In this document: piece by piece, positions 1 to 13,128 of the stretch
Layout of the letters: every line of letters begins with the position of its first letter
Position numbering within the stretch: the stretch's first letter is position 1
From: Toensbergia leucococca
Taxonomy: Eukaryota
NCBI GenBank assembly: GCA_022813965.1
Contig: JALDZS010000083.1
Coordinates: 62,001-96,018, forward strand
DNA length: 34,018 nucleotides
Direction of reading: 5' to 3'
Position numbers and translations under genes: made by a program
Notes under the pieces: model-generated
Databases searched by the model: none
Told to the model about the DNA's origin: nothing
The model's input: the letters and a program-made list of their open reading frames with translations, nothing else

Positions 1-227
1 CGTAGTAATGAGCCAGAGCCAATTAGCAAGGAAGCTGCCGAGTCCCAGAAGGACCCTACACTTCCCGTACGTCTCGAATTCTAAATATGTAGGGACGTCT
101 CGGGAAACCACTGACACGCTTATTCCAGGCACGGAACCACGGCAACGAGCCATCTAAGGGTGCGAAGATTGATGCTGAGATACAAGCAGAGGAGGAAGAA
201 TACTTGCGTAAGAAGGGAAAGAAGTAG
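1..227 (+). CDS. 3' end of small conserved fungal hypothetical protein (partial; exons <1-66, 129-227)
   Basis: Frame 1 reads RSNEPEPISKEAAESQKDPTLP. A GTACGT..CTGAC..CAG intron (67-128) follows, then ARNHGNEPSKGAKIDAEIQAEEEEYLRKKGKK-TAG. The DPTLPA..HGNEPSKGAKID motif is recalled from small hydrophilic fungal proteins. Confidence 0.75.
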
Positions 228-859
228 AATTGGATAATTGGCTGCAATTCAAGGAGCACTGAGGCACTCATGTCGAGCAGTACTTGGCGAATACTACGAA
301 TTCAATCTAATTTCACGGTCATCTGAAGCTCAAGCATCATTCTTCAAAAATTTTGATGCTAACTCTCTGCTTTGCTCTTTTAAAACGTCGGCCAAATTTA
401 TAAGCTTTTGTACTATTTAATCCTCTACGCGTAAGACTTCAGGCCTTTTCAGCTCGCAACCAAATGGTACTAGTAAATACGTGTACATTTACAGCATGTG
501 ATGAGTCTTGTCGGCAAATGTCCGGGTCTTGTGACTGCTGTAGATAGGTAGGTAGGTAGCGTGTGAAGATTGAAAAGAGGCGCGCTTCGCAATAAATATT
601 CTTTTAGGAGCCGAGTGAGCTCCATAGCGGTGTAGTATTTTCTCCAACACACCCCAGCTGTTGAAAATCGGTCGTGATTCCAAAACCCATAATGCTACAA
701 GGATTATAAGGTGCTTGATCGATGTGTGGCAAGTTTCTTGCCCCTCTACGAATATGTGGACTTTGTTACCGCTGGCATGGTATCATAGCTAAGGTAGTCC
801 CGAAATACATATACCAAGTACTGGCTATATTGAGCATTTAAACCGAAGAGATTGCTGCC

Positions 860-3800
860 ATGGGGCAAAGCTTTTCCCTTGCAACGCTGTTAGCAGGCTC
901 GGCGGGAATTGACGTGCCGGAGCTATCAGACCTCACGTATGAGAGATCCCTGGGCTCTGCAAGATTCATGAAATGTATCCGGGCAAGGCATCAGCATGGC
1001 TTGGTAGTTGTCAAACTCGTCATGAAGCCATATCCACAACTCGATCTTGAGAAGTACGTGAAAGCTATACGGCGTGAGTAGGTTGCTGTTAAGGACCTCT
1101 TCAAACAATTCAGGTGGCTGACAGAACCTTCTCAGGGGAACGTGATGCGCTATTCGATGTCCCCAATGCCCTTGGCTATCAGCGAGTGCTTGAGACAAGC
1201 ACGAACGGGTATCTCGTACGACAGTATCTCTATAGCTCCCTTTATGACCGTATGAGGTTCGTAGTTCTCTTTTTTCTCATAGACCCTTACTGATAGAGAT
1301 AGCACCCGCCCCTTTCTTGAAGACGTTGAGAAAAAGTGGCTCTCGTTCCAGCTTCTCTGTGCTCTACGAGACTGCCATGCTCGAGATGTCTACCATGGTG
1401 ATGTTAAAACGGAGAACATTTTAGTTACCTCATGGAACTGGTTATACCTTACGGACTTCTCATCATCCTTCAAGAAGACGTATCTTCCTGAAGATAATCC
1501 AGCTGACTTTTCCTATTACTTCGACACCTCAGGGAGAAGGACATGCTATTTAGCCCCAGAGCGATTTCTGGGACCTGGCGAAAAAGAGGATGCCGGAGGC
1601 GTTACCTGGGCCATGGATGTTTTTAGTGTTGGCTGTGTCATTGCGGAGCTGTTCCTTGAGTCCCCTATCTTTTCCTTGAGCCAGCTCTTCAAATACAGAA
1701 GAGGAGAATACGACCCTGATCTGGGCCATCTCAGCAAAATTCAAGACGAAGATGTCCGTGAGCTTGTTAGTCACATGATACAACTGGAGCCAGAATCAAG
1801 GTACTCAGCCGAGGAATATCTCAACTTCTGGCGTCGCAAGGCATTCCCGGAGTATTTCTACAGCTTTCTTCATCAGTATATGGGCTTAATCACTGACCCT
1901 TCATCTGGACGATCCCCAGTCTTGCCAGAAACGGCCAATTTTGGGGAAGCTGATGATAGAATCGATAGAGTGTTTTATGATTTTGATAAGATTTCATATT
2001 TTCTAGGCTACGAAAATGAGAACGTTTCAAAATCACCAAGAGCGCGTACGCTGGATTACTCCGAAGGAATAATCCCCGTACAGATCGACATACCCAACAA
2101 CATACATGAGGCTACGGCAGTCGGCAGACGTCCTGTCGATGATGGATCTCTAATATTTCTTACTCTCGTTGTCTCCTCCTTACGGAATACTGCTAGGTCC
2201 ACAGCCAGAGTTCGAGCATGTGATCTAATGCTGGCATTTGCGGAGAGGATCACAGACGAGGCAAAACTCGATCGTGTACTACCATACATCGTAGCTTTAC
2301 TGAACGATCGTGCAGATATCGTCAAGATTGCTGCTATTCGGACTTTGACACAACTGGTTAGATCACATCGCTTCAATCAACTAATATTTGTTGACTTTAC
2401 ATAGATGTCACTGATAACCGTTGTTTCACCCGTAAACGCGTATGTCTTCACGGAGTATATCCGTCCACGCTTGCAACTATCAGTCCTTGGCCCAGGGTCA
2501 AAGGCGAGGCCGTTGGTACGAGCGACCTATGCCTCCTGCCTTGCCACCCTAGCACATACATCGTCGAGGATTTTAGATATGCTACAAGCCCTAAGAGCAG
2601 ATGGGTCTGTACCAACTATCGATCCAGAAGCAGAGGATGGCTTAGCTACAAACTCGGCCTACCAGAGTCTATTCGATGTCGCAAGGGTAGATCTTATGGA
2701 ACACTTTGAAACACATACGAAAGCTTTGCTGACGGACCCCAATGCTTCGGTCCGCCGAGCTTTCCTCGGTTCGGTGTCGAGTCTCTGCGTTTTTTTCGGT
2801 AGCTTAAAGGCAAACGATGTGATTCTCAGCCATCTCAATACATATCTGAACGACAAGGATTGGATACTGAAGTGTGCCTTCTTCCAAACCATTGTTGGGG
2901 TTGCTACATTTGTTGGAGGAACAAGTCTTGAAGAATTCATCTTACCACTCATGATTCAAGCTCTGACCGATCCCGAGGAATTTGTTGTGGAGAAAGTCTT
3001 ATCATCCTTCGCTAGTATGGCTGAGCTCGGGCTGTTTCAAAGATCCAAGCTTTGGGAAATGGTTGACGTTGTCGGAAGATTCACAATGCATCCTAACATC
3101 TGGATTAGAGAAGCTGCAGCACATTTCGTCTCTGCTGCTACGCGTTATCTGTCGGTAGCAGACATTCATTGTGTTATTTCGCCCCTCATACATCCATATC
3201 TCAAAACTCCCACGGTTGAACTTACCGAAACGAATGTCCTCGACGCTCTCAAGAGGCCTTTGCCTCGGCAGGTTCTGGAATTGGCAGTAACCTGGGCTAC
3301 CAAAGCTCAAGGCAGTCTGTTCTGGAAGCCTGTTCAACAGCAAAGGACCGTTTCCTTCGGCTCCCCTGACCAGGCTGTTGCAACCATCTCCTCAAAAGAT
3401 TTGCGTCAAAATGCCTTGAATAAGGTGGCGAAGAACGACGAGGATGAGCAATGGCTTAATAGACTACGAAACATTGGCATGAGTGCTGATGATGAGTTCA
3501 AACTACTTGCCTTGAGGGAATACATTTGGCGAATGGCCCCTAAGAGACCTAATGACGGCACTGGGACGACTCTTTCCAATCCCAGCAATACCTTAAGTCT
3601 CAAAGAACTGAACGTCACGCCTCAAACAGTATTCTTTGAGAATCACAGGAAACGTAGCCGAACAAGACGCAGATCTTCACATAGCACCCAGCGATCAGAT
3701 AGTGTCAAGAAATCTCCTCACACTATTGCTGATGCTTTGCTTGATGCATCGACCACTATCGATGACAATGTTGCTCAGCGAAAGAGACTCTATGCGACCT

Positions 3801-5785
3801 CCCGGAAAGACCGAGTCAATGGGCAATTACTGCCGCAGAATCTTCCAATTAGCTTATCCAAGTCAAGACGAGGCTCCTCAAATGTGCCGTCACCATTATC
3901 AACCTCTCCCAGCAGGCGCCATAAAACTCGAGAACGTTCCGACTTGATTTCGGACAGCGAAGCTCGACGCTCTTCTCCAATTGGAATTCAAAGCAGCATT
4001 AACGATGTTGCTCGAAGTGATGGCACACTCACGCCAACAGACTCACTTAAGGTTGGCGATGGATCTGGAAGGGTGAATGGCATAAGACATAGATCTAGTG
4101 CCATAAATCTACTCGGTAAGAGAGATACCCCTAAGACCGTGGCTGAAACTAGCACGACTTCTACCAATGCATTCGGGAAGGTTGATGGTCCATTTGCCCA
4201 AGAAAGTTCCCACAACTCGCCCTTTGCGGCACCAGATCAATTAGACGAGAAGCATGATCCGATTCCCCAAATCCGTGCTGGCCACACCTATGACGGCCAC
4301 GATCCCAATGTTCTCAAACTCCTCGACGCACTAGCGTCCGAGAATTACCCGTTAGATTTGGCTGATTTTGGGCCTCTGGTGACACCAGTCGACCGGCGAC
4401 ACTTGAAAAGAAAGGGAGAGCCGCTGGAAATTGATAAACCTTGGCGACCAGAAGCGGTCTTAGTAGCGACCTTTGGCGAGCATACAGGACCCATCAATCG
4501 GGTCCTCCCGTCCCCAGACCATGCGTTCTTCATCACCGCGTCCGATGATGGGACCGTGAAGATTTGGGACAGTTCAAGACTAGAGCGAAATCTAGTTCAT
4601 CGATCTCGGCAGTCTCATAGACATGCGGATGGAGCGAAAGTTAAGAGTATCAGCTTCGTTGAAAATACGCATACCTTTATTAGCTGCGCTACAGATGGGA
4701 GTATACACGTGGTCAAGGTCGATTGCATACATGTTGCTGATACCACAAAATATGGCAAACTTCGTCTAGTCCGGGAGCACCAGTTACGCAAAGGTGAATA
4801 CGCCATATGGTCTGAACAATTCAGATCAGATGCCAGTTCCGTGCTACTAATTGTCACAAACACTTCAAGAATTATGGCCTTCGATCTCAGAACCATGGTC
4901 GTGCTGTACACTTTCGAAAATCCAGTACATCATGGGACGCCGACATGCTTCTGCGTGGATAAGAAACAGGGTTGGCTGCTACTTGGGACTTCACATGGCG
5001 TTCTCGATTTATGGGATCTCCGATTTCGTCTTCGACTCAAAGCCTGGGGTCTCTCGGGAGGTACACCAATACATCGACTGCAAGTCCACCCGTTCAAAGG
5101 TCGAGGAAGATGGGTTTGCGTTACTGGGGGTACTGGCCAGAGCGATGTCACGATATGGGATATTGAAAAAGCTCAATGTCGAGAAGTCTTCCGCACCGGA
5201 AGCAGCAAAAGTACCAGCAAAGACAACTTGAAGGTTTACGACGCATGGAAAGTGGACGAAGAGAAGCCTGAGGGCATGCTTAGTCGGTTCGCCAGTACTC
5301 TCGAGTCAGCGGGAAGCAGTAGTCCTGATAAAGGGATTCGTGCTCTAGCCCAAGGACGAGACGCTCCGGAGGATGGGCGAGAATCGAAGTACGGTTTCTT
5401 CCTAACTGGGGGTCCAGACAAGAAAGTCCGGTTTTGGGATCTCATGCGGGTTGAAGCTTCAATTGTGGTAAGTGGTCTTGACACTGACGAAAGTCAGCCT
5501 AAATTCACTGCCTCCCACCCGACGACAATGCTCACGCTGAACACTGAGAGGACACCGCAACCTGGGCCGTCAGCACCAAATGCTGCCGCTGGCTCCAAGT
5601 CTTCGAGTAGTAATATGGCTAAAAAGGGAGGTAGTAGACCGCCGCGGTCTACGGTCATCTCGTTACAACAGCAGCAATTGTTAAAGAGTCATCTGGACTC
5701 GATTCTGGATGTAGCGCTCTTAGAGAGTCCGGTTGGTATGACTGTTTCGGTAGACAGGTCGGGCGTTATCTACGTGTTTCAATGA
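860..5785 (+). CDS. VPS15: Phosphoinositide 3-kinase regulatory subunit 4 / Vps15 (kinase-like + HEAT + WD40); exons 860-1073, 1136-1256, 1303-2356, 2405-5785
   Basis: N-terminal MGQSFS (myristoylation-type Gly2), SLGSARFMK, RQYLYSSLYDRMSTRPFLEDVEKKW, HGDVKTEN, YYFDTSGRRTCYLAPERF. HEAT region includes ILSHLNTYLNDKDW and ALTDPEEFVV; C-terminal WD40 includes EHTGPIN..TASDDGTVKIWD. Three canonical introns keep the frame. Confidence 0.97.
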
Positions 5786-6184
5786 TGGATTCTATGGAGT
5801 TTTGTTAGAGTGTTCCGGACAATGAGACCGGGTTTATTATTATGTATTCGTAACACTTCGACTGAATTGAATGATTGAACAATACAAAATCCTTCGACCA
5901 TGGCCATCGTGATAAGAATGGCCCTCAATTTGGAGCACTACTCTCAAAGCTAATTTTTAGACCTGGTTGACCGCTCCGCGTCCAAACCGGGCCTAGTACA
6001 ATTTATATTCCATGATCTAGAAATTGAACTCTCCAGATTCCCATATCTAATGACAATATTGACTTGACGTAAAGAATCGCCAGTACTTCAACGGTATCAA
6101 GACCTACAGTCACAATCTGTCCTTGCATACTCCAAATATACTTGTCAAGTTAGCTTTGCATTTGCAGCGGGACAGACCACCAGT

Positions 6185-7215
6185 ATGAGGTTGACAGCGG
6201 AACTCATCCAAAATTCTCTTTCGTACCTCAATCCTCTCAAAGAGCGCGAACTAGATCTCAGAGGTGCGTACAAGCTGAAAAGAACAGATACTACACTTTG
6301 AGGCGAGCTCCATTGATATCATAAGTGAGGACTACAGGCCACAAAATCCCAGCCATTGAGAATCTGGGCGTTGCAAAGGTTCGTTCGGCCCCATCTCTTG
6401 GGCCCCCCGGTTGTCTTCCTGTTCGTACTGCTGATGGGTGATGTTAGGATCAAGATGCCATCGATTTCACAGACAACGATATCACCTCGCTTGCGAATTT
6501 CCCCCTTTCACCCCGATTGCACACCCTTCTTCTCGCGCGCAACAGAGTCAACAACCTCCAGTCCACACTAGCGAACTCGATACCCAACCTCACCGCCCTT
6601 ATCCTGACCTCGAACAATTTTGCCGAACTCGCTGATCTAGATACACTGAGGCATTTCACCAAACTCACACATCTATCATTATTAGAAAATCCGGTCACGA
6701 GGAAAGAGGTACGAGATGCCCCTTGCCAATCGCAAAACAGGTCAGAGATGACTGCCGCTGACGTGGTTATCTTGCAGCACTATCGGCTCTGGATCATTTG
6801 GCGCTGCCCCAGTGTTCGGTTTCTAGACTACCAAAAAGTTAAAGAAATCGAACGCACAAAGGCAACCTCCCTCTTCGGTACCACCGCCGAACCCTCTGCT
6901 CTAGCCTCAAAGGTTTGCCCTTTCTTCCGCTTCTCCCCCTCCCCCCGAATAGAACTTGCTAAGCTCCTGTTCTTCCCATCACAGATAATGGGCATACGCT
7001 CCCGCACCTTTGACATACCCGGCACCACCACCTCGGCCCTGAACGGCGCCCAACAAAGTGACAAATCCTACCGCGTCAAACTGACGCCCAAGGAGAAGAA
7101 GAGAGTCGAGGACTTGATACGGAACGCGAAGAGTTTGCAGGAGATTACTAGGTTGGAGAAGGAGCTGAATGAAGGGAGGATACCTGGGGGTGGGGGCGAT
7201 GCGATGGAGGAATAG
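6185..7215 (+). CDS. LEA1: U2 snRNP A' protein (LRR); exons 6185-6263, 6338-6378, 6448-6708, 6778-6912, 6985-7215
   Basis: Spliced product MRLTAELIQNSLSYLNPLKERELDLRGHKIPAIENLGVAKDQDAIDFTDNDI..LENPVTRKEHYRLWIIWRCPSVRFLDYQKVK..IRNAKSLQEITRLEKELNEGRIP is typical SNRPA1/Lea1. Four GT-AG introns. Confidence 0.96.
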
Positions 7216-8034
7216 GGGGCGTTGTGAGGGTCGGGGAGACGGATGATAGATGTATGTCCAAAAGTGGAATGTGGATTAAGGATTGAAGCTTTGTGCATCC
7301 TTGGGATTGGTTGCCACGTGCCAAATTCCCTGTGTTACGGGTTTACCGTTTACCCAGATCTACGAGTACGGAGTGAAGAAATTATCGCGAAAAGAAGAAA
7401 CTTCTCCAAGTGGCAAAGCTTGGATGTTTGCCCATTTTCATCATCAGCAACGCTCCGCTTCACTACGAGTACCTGAAGTAACATATCTTAAGTTAACGAT
7501 ATTGCCGTCCCAAGCGACTTTCATTGAGCAGATCCTGACTACCTACACAGGTAGGTAACTTTCCGGTATTGCTCATTTGAACGATCAAAAAGGCCAATGA
7601 ACCATATTTCTTTTCGAAGCGGATCTGAAGAACCATATTTGCTCACGAGCGGTCTCCGAGGATGCAGTACGAGTACTCGTACGAGCAGGCGATATGCCAT
7701 ATGTTGGCCTCTTTCAATGTGAGCTCCGATGAGCAAGTCATATCAAACATGAACAAAAACAAAGAGATTGCATACTTTCCCGGCTTGGATTAATTTTGAC
7801 TTGACTTTGCAGAATAAATGCATAAAACAAAATGGTCAAACGCCTGCCAAAAATTCAGGGGGGCATTAGTGATACAATCGATATGTACGCCGAAATAGCG
7901 CCATCGCTTATACGAATACATCAACGAGATTTGTTCAAAGAGCTCGATAGGGCATCATAGTGCCCAGGGTATCTCCACGACAAGGCTCTTGCACCAACAG
8001 AGATGATATTATGGTAAAATATCGTCAAATGACT

Positions 8035-9064
8035 TTAAAAAAGCCCAAAGCGCTTACGCCTGGTGGTAGTCGAGGTATACCCATTATCATATGTATCGAC
8101 ATTGGACTTGTAGGCAGTATTCTTCTTCGCTTTCCGCGCGCTGAAGCAGGTGAACAGGACGATGAACATGCCCAGGAAGAGCAAGATCATGGCTGCCAGG
8201 CAGGTCCACATGCCAACGGAGTAGAAAGCGTGGGAGCCGCTGCCGTCGGAGTTGACATGGTCTTTGATGATCTGGGGCGGGGTTAGCTTTTCCAGAATCA
8301 AGAGCGGCTAGAGATTGGGATGAGAGCAGGTTTGGAGAGCTTACCCCGAAGAGCGAAAAGTCAATGGCCATTACTACTAGAGTTAGTATCCATGCCAGGG
8401 CGGCAACTAGGGCGCCAAGAAGGGAGCCGACCACGCCTGCGCCGAGCGAGAGTAAGAATGCGATAAATGCGACACCTGGGGCGAGATGGGATTAGCTACG
8501 TTCGTGGAGTGGTCAGGTGTGTTACGGTCTTACCGCAGGCAATTGGGTGAAGGATCATAGCGTCGGTCAAGCTATCTGCGGAGTCTGAAGAAGCCCTGCC
8601 GAAGTGGGTGCCTGCCACACTGTTTAGCGCATCTGAATGTTTGGGATACCTCTTTCGTAAGCTCTCTCGTACCATCTATTTGGGCCATGATGCTGGCAGG
8701 CTGGTACCCAATGACTTTCGGATAGCAGTAATCCTGATCGGTTCTGGATCCACTCGTTCAGCAAAATGTTTAATTCCATGTCGTCAGGGAGGCTCACTGT
8801 TTGGGCGCAACATCGAGAACGCAGTGACCAAAAGTACCAAATGTGACTGAAGAGTGTCGCAAATCAGAGCTATTGGTAAGAGTGACCTTTAGGATTGCGA
8901 TGTCTCCGATGACGGGGGCAGATATGGTGGTAATTAGGAGAAGGATGGAGGCGATGAAGAGAAAGGCTACGCCGACCCTGTTGGAGAATTTAGTCTGCAA
9001 TTCCGGAGTCTTCTTGATGATTTGATCAGGCAACATACCAATGCGTTGGAGAAGTGCGGGCCAT
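8035..9064 (-). CDS. palI: PalI/RIM9 (SUR7 family) membrane protein; exons 9064-9039, 8977-8798, 8743-8673, 8611-8534, 8475-8345, 8271-8035
   Basis: Spliced: MARTSPTHWVGVAFLFIASILLLITTISAPVIGDIAILKV..VTFGTFGHCVL..DYCYPKVIGY..LTDAMILHPIACGVAFIAFLL..AIDFSLFG..YSVGMWTCLAAMILL. Matches the PalI/Rim9 pattern (FGxFGxC, ILHPIAC, 4 hydrophobic segments). Orthologue vs short-tailed paralogue is not resolved. Confidence 0.88.
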
Positions 9065-9765
9065 AGCTTTGACAAATTTGTGGAAACGTTCAATGGTCAA
9101 CAAATCAACAAGTCAATTTGAGTTCTGATATATTTGTGAACTGTGAAGAAGTCACCAGGTAGTCAATTGAGAAAATGGAGATGGCAGCAGCTACATGGAA
9201 TAATAAATGAATTTCACGATAAGTGAAATTACGATGTGAATTCCTTGTTTGCCAGCAGGGCAATACGTCACGCTGCCCTGTTGAAACGGTGACGGGCGTC
9301 AATAAAACAGGGACTTGGCTAAGGTACCTTAATCAAACAAGCTTTTCAAGAACAAAAGCACCAAATAGTCACGTAGTCACGTGCTTTAGCCATGTGGCAA
9401 AGTACACGTATGTGCAGAGGCGATGAAAAACCACGCAATATCCAGCTGGATGCTTTGCCTTCACGGTAACAAACTTGGCCTTCAAGAAAGCCTCAGTCTT
9501 TTCTATCCCTGGTCTGGCAACAGTCGACCAAGCTGAGCCGGGCCACGCGTTCGAGGCGGTTGGTGATTGTGGATCCAGCAGTGCTATCCTACTGAGGTAC
9601 TCGGCTCTTGCTGATCGCTCGGTGAAGGTAGCATACATCTCATTCGGCACTATCGGCCTTTTGGTTCATGCAATTTGAGCAATAGGTAGTCGCTTTCCTC
9701 TCCGGCTATTCCAATTGAGGGTGGAATAAGCATGCAAGCTCAACTTAAGGTAGCCCTAACATTTT

Positions 9766-10438
9766 CCCCGCAATTCGCTTCTTTAGACCGTTTCTTTAAC
9801 GTGGGCGTGTATTAAGTTGAGGAAGCTTGGCCCAATGGATGAGTGTAGCTGTCATGAAATTCCTAAATTCGAGACCTACATACTCCATTTAATATCACCC
9901 ATCTATCCCACGCTCTCTTTACTACTCACATTAAGTACTAGTTGTGTATCATGGCTTTCACATCTCAACCTCCGAATATTGCACCGTTTTCTGTCAACCT
10001 AATGGGATTCATCCAACATCATGGTAAACTCGGTCCACTAATCCCTCACTCTGCTTTTGATGCGGGGTAGCGTACCCATCTACCTACTTTCAATGGTCGC
10101 CTCCTTCAGATTTCGTGCATGAGCTTTCCTCAATGTGGCACGCGGCATCTCTGTCCATTGGTCGGAACTTGAACCCAGCTTCAGCCGTGTTGGCAAAAGC
10201 CTGTTCCTCCACCCATGGCGTCTTGTCACTTGTACTCCAAGCATCCCTTCATCTCAGCTTGTTGTTTTGACTATTTCACTCGCCCTTCCAAAATTGGTTT
10301 GGCGCCCAGGATCGTAGGAAACGTCTGTCAATAAGAGCGGGGAAAGCAAGGCCGTCGACTCTGGTATCGACGTTTCGGGTAATAGTGGCATGAATGAGCA
10401 ATGGCACTGCACAGTCAGAATGAGGGGTTCTTGCGGGG
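9766..10438. promoter_or_regulatory. Four GCGGGG (SYGGRG, CreA/Mig1-type) motifs upstream of alcohol oxidase
   Basis: CCCCGC 9766-9771; GCGGGG at 10062-10067, 10337-10342, 10433-10438, two with AT-rich 5' flanks. TATA-like TATAAG at 10533-10538. Confidence 0.5.
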
Positions 10439-10639
10439 TCTGAAGACCCATCGTCCATTGAAATCCAGCCCTCCATGGGCTTGCGTGCATCTACCCATAT
10501 TGCCGAAAGTGAAGCGTTGTGAGGGGACCACATATAAGAGGCCAACTATCCTTTGAGACTATCACTACTCTCTTGTCTTCCAAAGATATCTCACACAATC
10601 GCCCGAGTGACCGAAAAAGAAAAATACAAATTCGCCAAA

Positions 10640-13128
10640 ATGACCATCCCAGATGAAGTCGATATTATAGTGTGTGGAGGTATACCTGCCAGAGCCTATA
10701 GGAAATGATTTAGGCTTATAAGACACGCAGGTGGCTCTGCCGGTTGTGTCGTGGCCGGACGTCTGGCCAATCTCGACAGGAATCTCAAAGTCCTCTTGAT
10801 TGAGGGTGGTGAGAACAACCTCAACAACCCATGGGTTTTCAGGTGAACATAACTTCAGTCGTTCAAGAAATCAATTAAACAAGATGTAGGCCGGGGATCT
10901 ACCCCAGAAACATGAAGCTAGACTCGAAGACTGCTTCATTCTATCACTCTAAGCCTTCCAAATGGCTGTCTGGAAGAAAGGCTGTCGTTCCGTGTGCCAA
11001 CATCCTGGGAGGAGGCTCTAGTATCAATTTTGTGAGTGATCGATAGGCACAGTGCCGTTGACTGCAGAACAAATAAGATTACTAACCATGAATACAGATG
11101 ATGTACACTCGTGCCTCTGCATCTGATTATGATGACTTCCAGGCAAAGGGATGGACCACGAAAGAGCTCCTACCCTTGATGAAGAAGCATGAGACGTACC
11201 AACGAGCTTGCAACAATCGTGAGATCCATGGCTTCGAAGGCCCTATCAAGGTCTCATTCGGAAATTATACATACCCGATCGTGCATGACTTCCTCCGTGC
11301 CACAGAATCTCAAGGCATCCCAACTACAGATGACCTCCAGGATCTCAATACGGGACATGGTGCGGAGCACTGGTTGAAATGGATCAATCGTGATACAGGT
11401 CGTCGAAGTGACTCGGCTCATGCATACATTCATTCGACTATGAGGTATGTAATGGATCACTACCTGTCCATAATACATCAATCTGTTAACACTGATTCGA
11501 TCCAGGAACCATAGTAACCTTTACCTGATGTGTAACACAAAGATCGACAAAGTCATCTTAGAGAATGGCCGCGCTGTGGCTGTCCGGACTGTACCCATGA
11601 AACCATTGCACCCGGACCAGCAGCAAGAGAAAATTATTCGTGCGAGCAAGCAGATTGTCATCTCGTGTGGAACACTTAGTACACCACTTGTGCTTCAACG
11701 CTCCGGTATCGGCAATCCAGAGAAGCTTCGTCAAGTCGGCGTCAAGCCCCTAGTTGATCTTCCCGGCGTTGGTCTAAACTTCCAAGACCATTATCTTACC
11801 TTTTCGGTCTATCGCGCTAAGCCTGAGACGGAGAGCTTCGATGACTTCTTGCGAGGGGATCCCGCGGTTCAGAAGAAAGTATTCGACCAGTGGAATACCA
11901 ATGGCACTGGTCCACTAGCAACGAATGGAATCGAAGCGGGGGTGAAGGTCCGCCCAACGAAGGATGAGTTGAAACAGGATTACATGAAGGAATTCAGGTC
12001 TGGCTGGGAGAGTTACTTTGAGAAGAAGCCTGACAAGCCCGTCATGCACTACTCTGTGATTTCCGGGTAAGCAACACTGAACTTACTCAATTGTACCATC
12101 TCTAACATATTTCTAACTTAGCTTCTTCGGAGACCACATGCTCGCCCCTCAAGGCAAATTCTTCAGCATGTTCCACTTCTTGGAATACCCCTTCTCCCGA
12201 GGCAGTACCCACATTGTGTCACCAAATCCATATGAGGCGCCTGACTTCGACGCGGGCTTCATGAACGATGAGCGTGACATGGCACCGATGGTCTGGTATG
12301 TTCTAATATTTCTGTGCTGAAGGAGCTAATTATCAATATTAAGCTAACTTCACCCATATAGGGGTTATATCAAGTCTCGCGAAACTGCGAGGCGCATGGA
12401 TGCGTTTGCAGGCGAAGTCACAAGCATGCATCCGTAAGTTGCCCTCGCAATCACGGCTCCTAAATCATCACCATTGAGCCTACACCAACACTAACAATTG
12501 CAACACAAAGACATTATAACTTCGACTCTCCAGCCCGAGCTGAAGACCTCAACCTCCAAGATACCAAGGCCTACGGCGGTCCGGACCACATTTCAGCCGG
12601 TATCCAGCACGGTAGCTGGTCCATCCAACAAAAGCCAGGCCGAGCCCCATCCAGCAGCTTCGTAACTAGCAGCCAAACCGATAATGTCCGCGATGATCTC
12701 ACCTACAGCAAGAGTGATATCGACGCCGTTGAAGACTGGGTGAAACGACACGTCGAAACTACCTGGCACAGTAAGCGATCCCATCCCCAATATACAATTC
12801 TCCAATGCAAGCCCAACACTAAATACTGTCGCGAAATTTAGGTCTGGGAACCTGCTCCATGGCCCCTCGCGAAGGCAACAGCATCGTCAAACACGGTGTC
12901 CTCGATGAGCGCCTCAACGTCCACGGCGTCAAAGGCCTCAAGTGCGCCGATCTATCAATCTGTCCCGATAACGTCGGCTGCAACACTTATAGCACTGCAT
13001 TGATGATTGGCGAAAAGGCGGCAATGCTTGTTGCGGAGGATTTGGGATACAGTGGGGAGTCGCTCGATATGAAAGTACCGACTTGGCATCAAGGCACTTA
13101 CGAGACTACTGGCCAGGCGAGGCTTTGA
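10640..13128 (+). CDS. AOX1: Peroxisomal alcohol (methanol) oxidase, GMC oxidoreductase AA3_3; exons 10640-10679, 10731-10842, 10890-11031, 11098-11444, 11506-12066, 12122-12295, 12362-12433, 12511-12770, 12842-13128
   Basis: MTIPDEVDIIVCGGGSAGCVVAGRLANLD (FAD-binding), GENNLNNPWVFRPGIYPRNM, ILGGGSSINFMMYTRASASDYDD, HFLEYPFSRG, ETTWHSLGTCSMAPR, DLSICPDNVGCNTYSTA, and C-terminal PTS1 ARL. Eight introns are frame-consistent. Confidence 0.97.

Noticed and set aside
1546..5484. Numerous short antisense/alternate-frame ORFs inside VPS15 (similarly inside ACL1/ACL2)
   Set aside because: Fully overlapped by well-supported conserved genes; no independent motifs.
7667..7682. Perfect 16-bp palindrome GTACGAGTACTCGTAC between the convergent LEA1 and palI genes
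   Set aside because: About 0.5 such palindromes are expected by chance in 34 kb (34000/4^8); no supporting structure.
9653..9664. TCGGCCTTTTGG resembling the U2 snRNA 5' stem
   Set aside because: Match is only 12 nt; the downstream branch-pairing GTGTAGTA and Sm site are missing.
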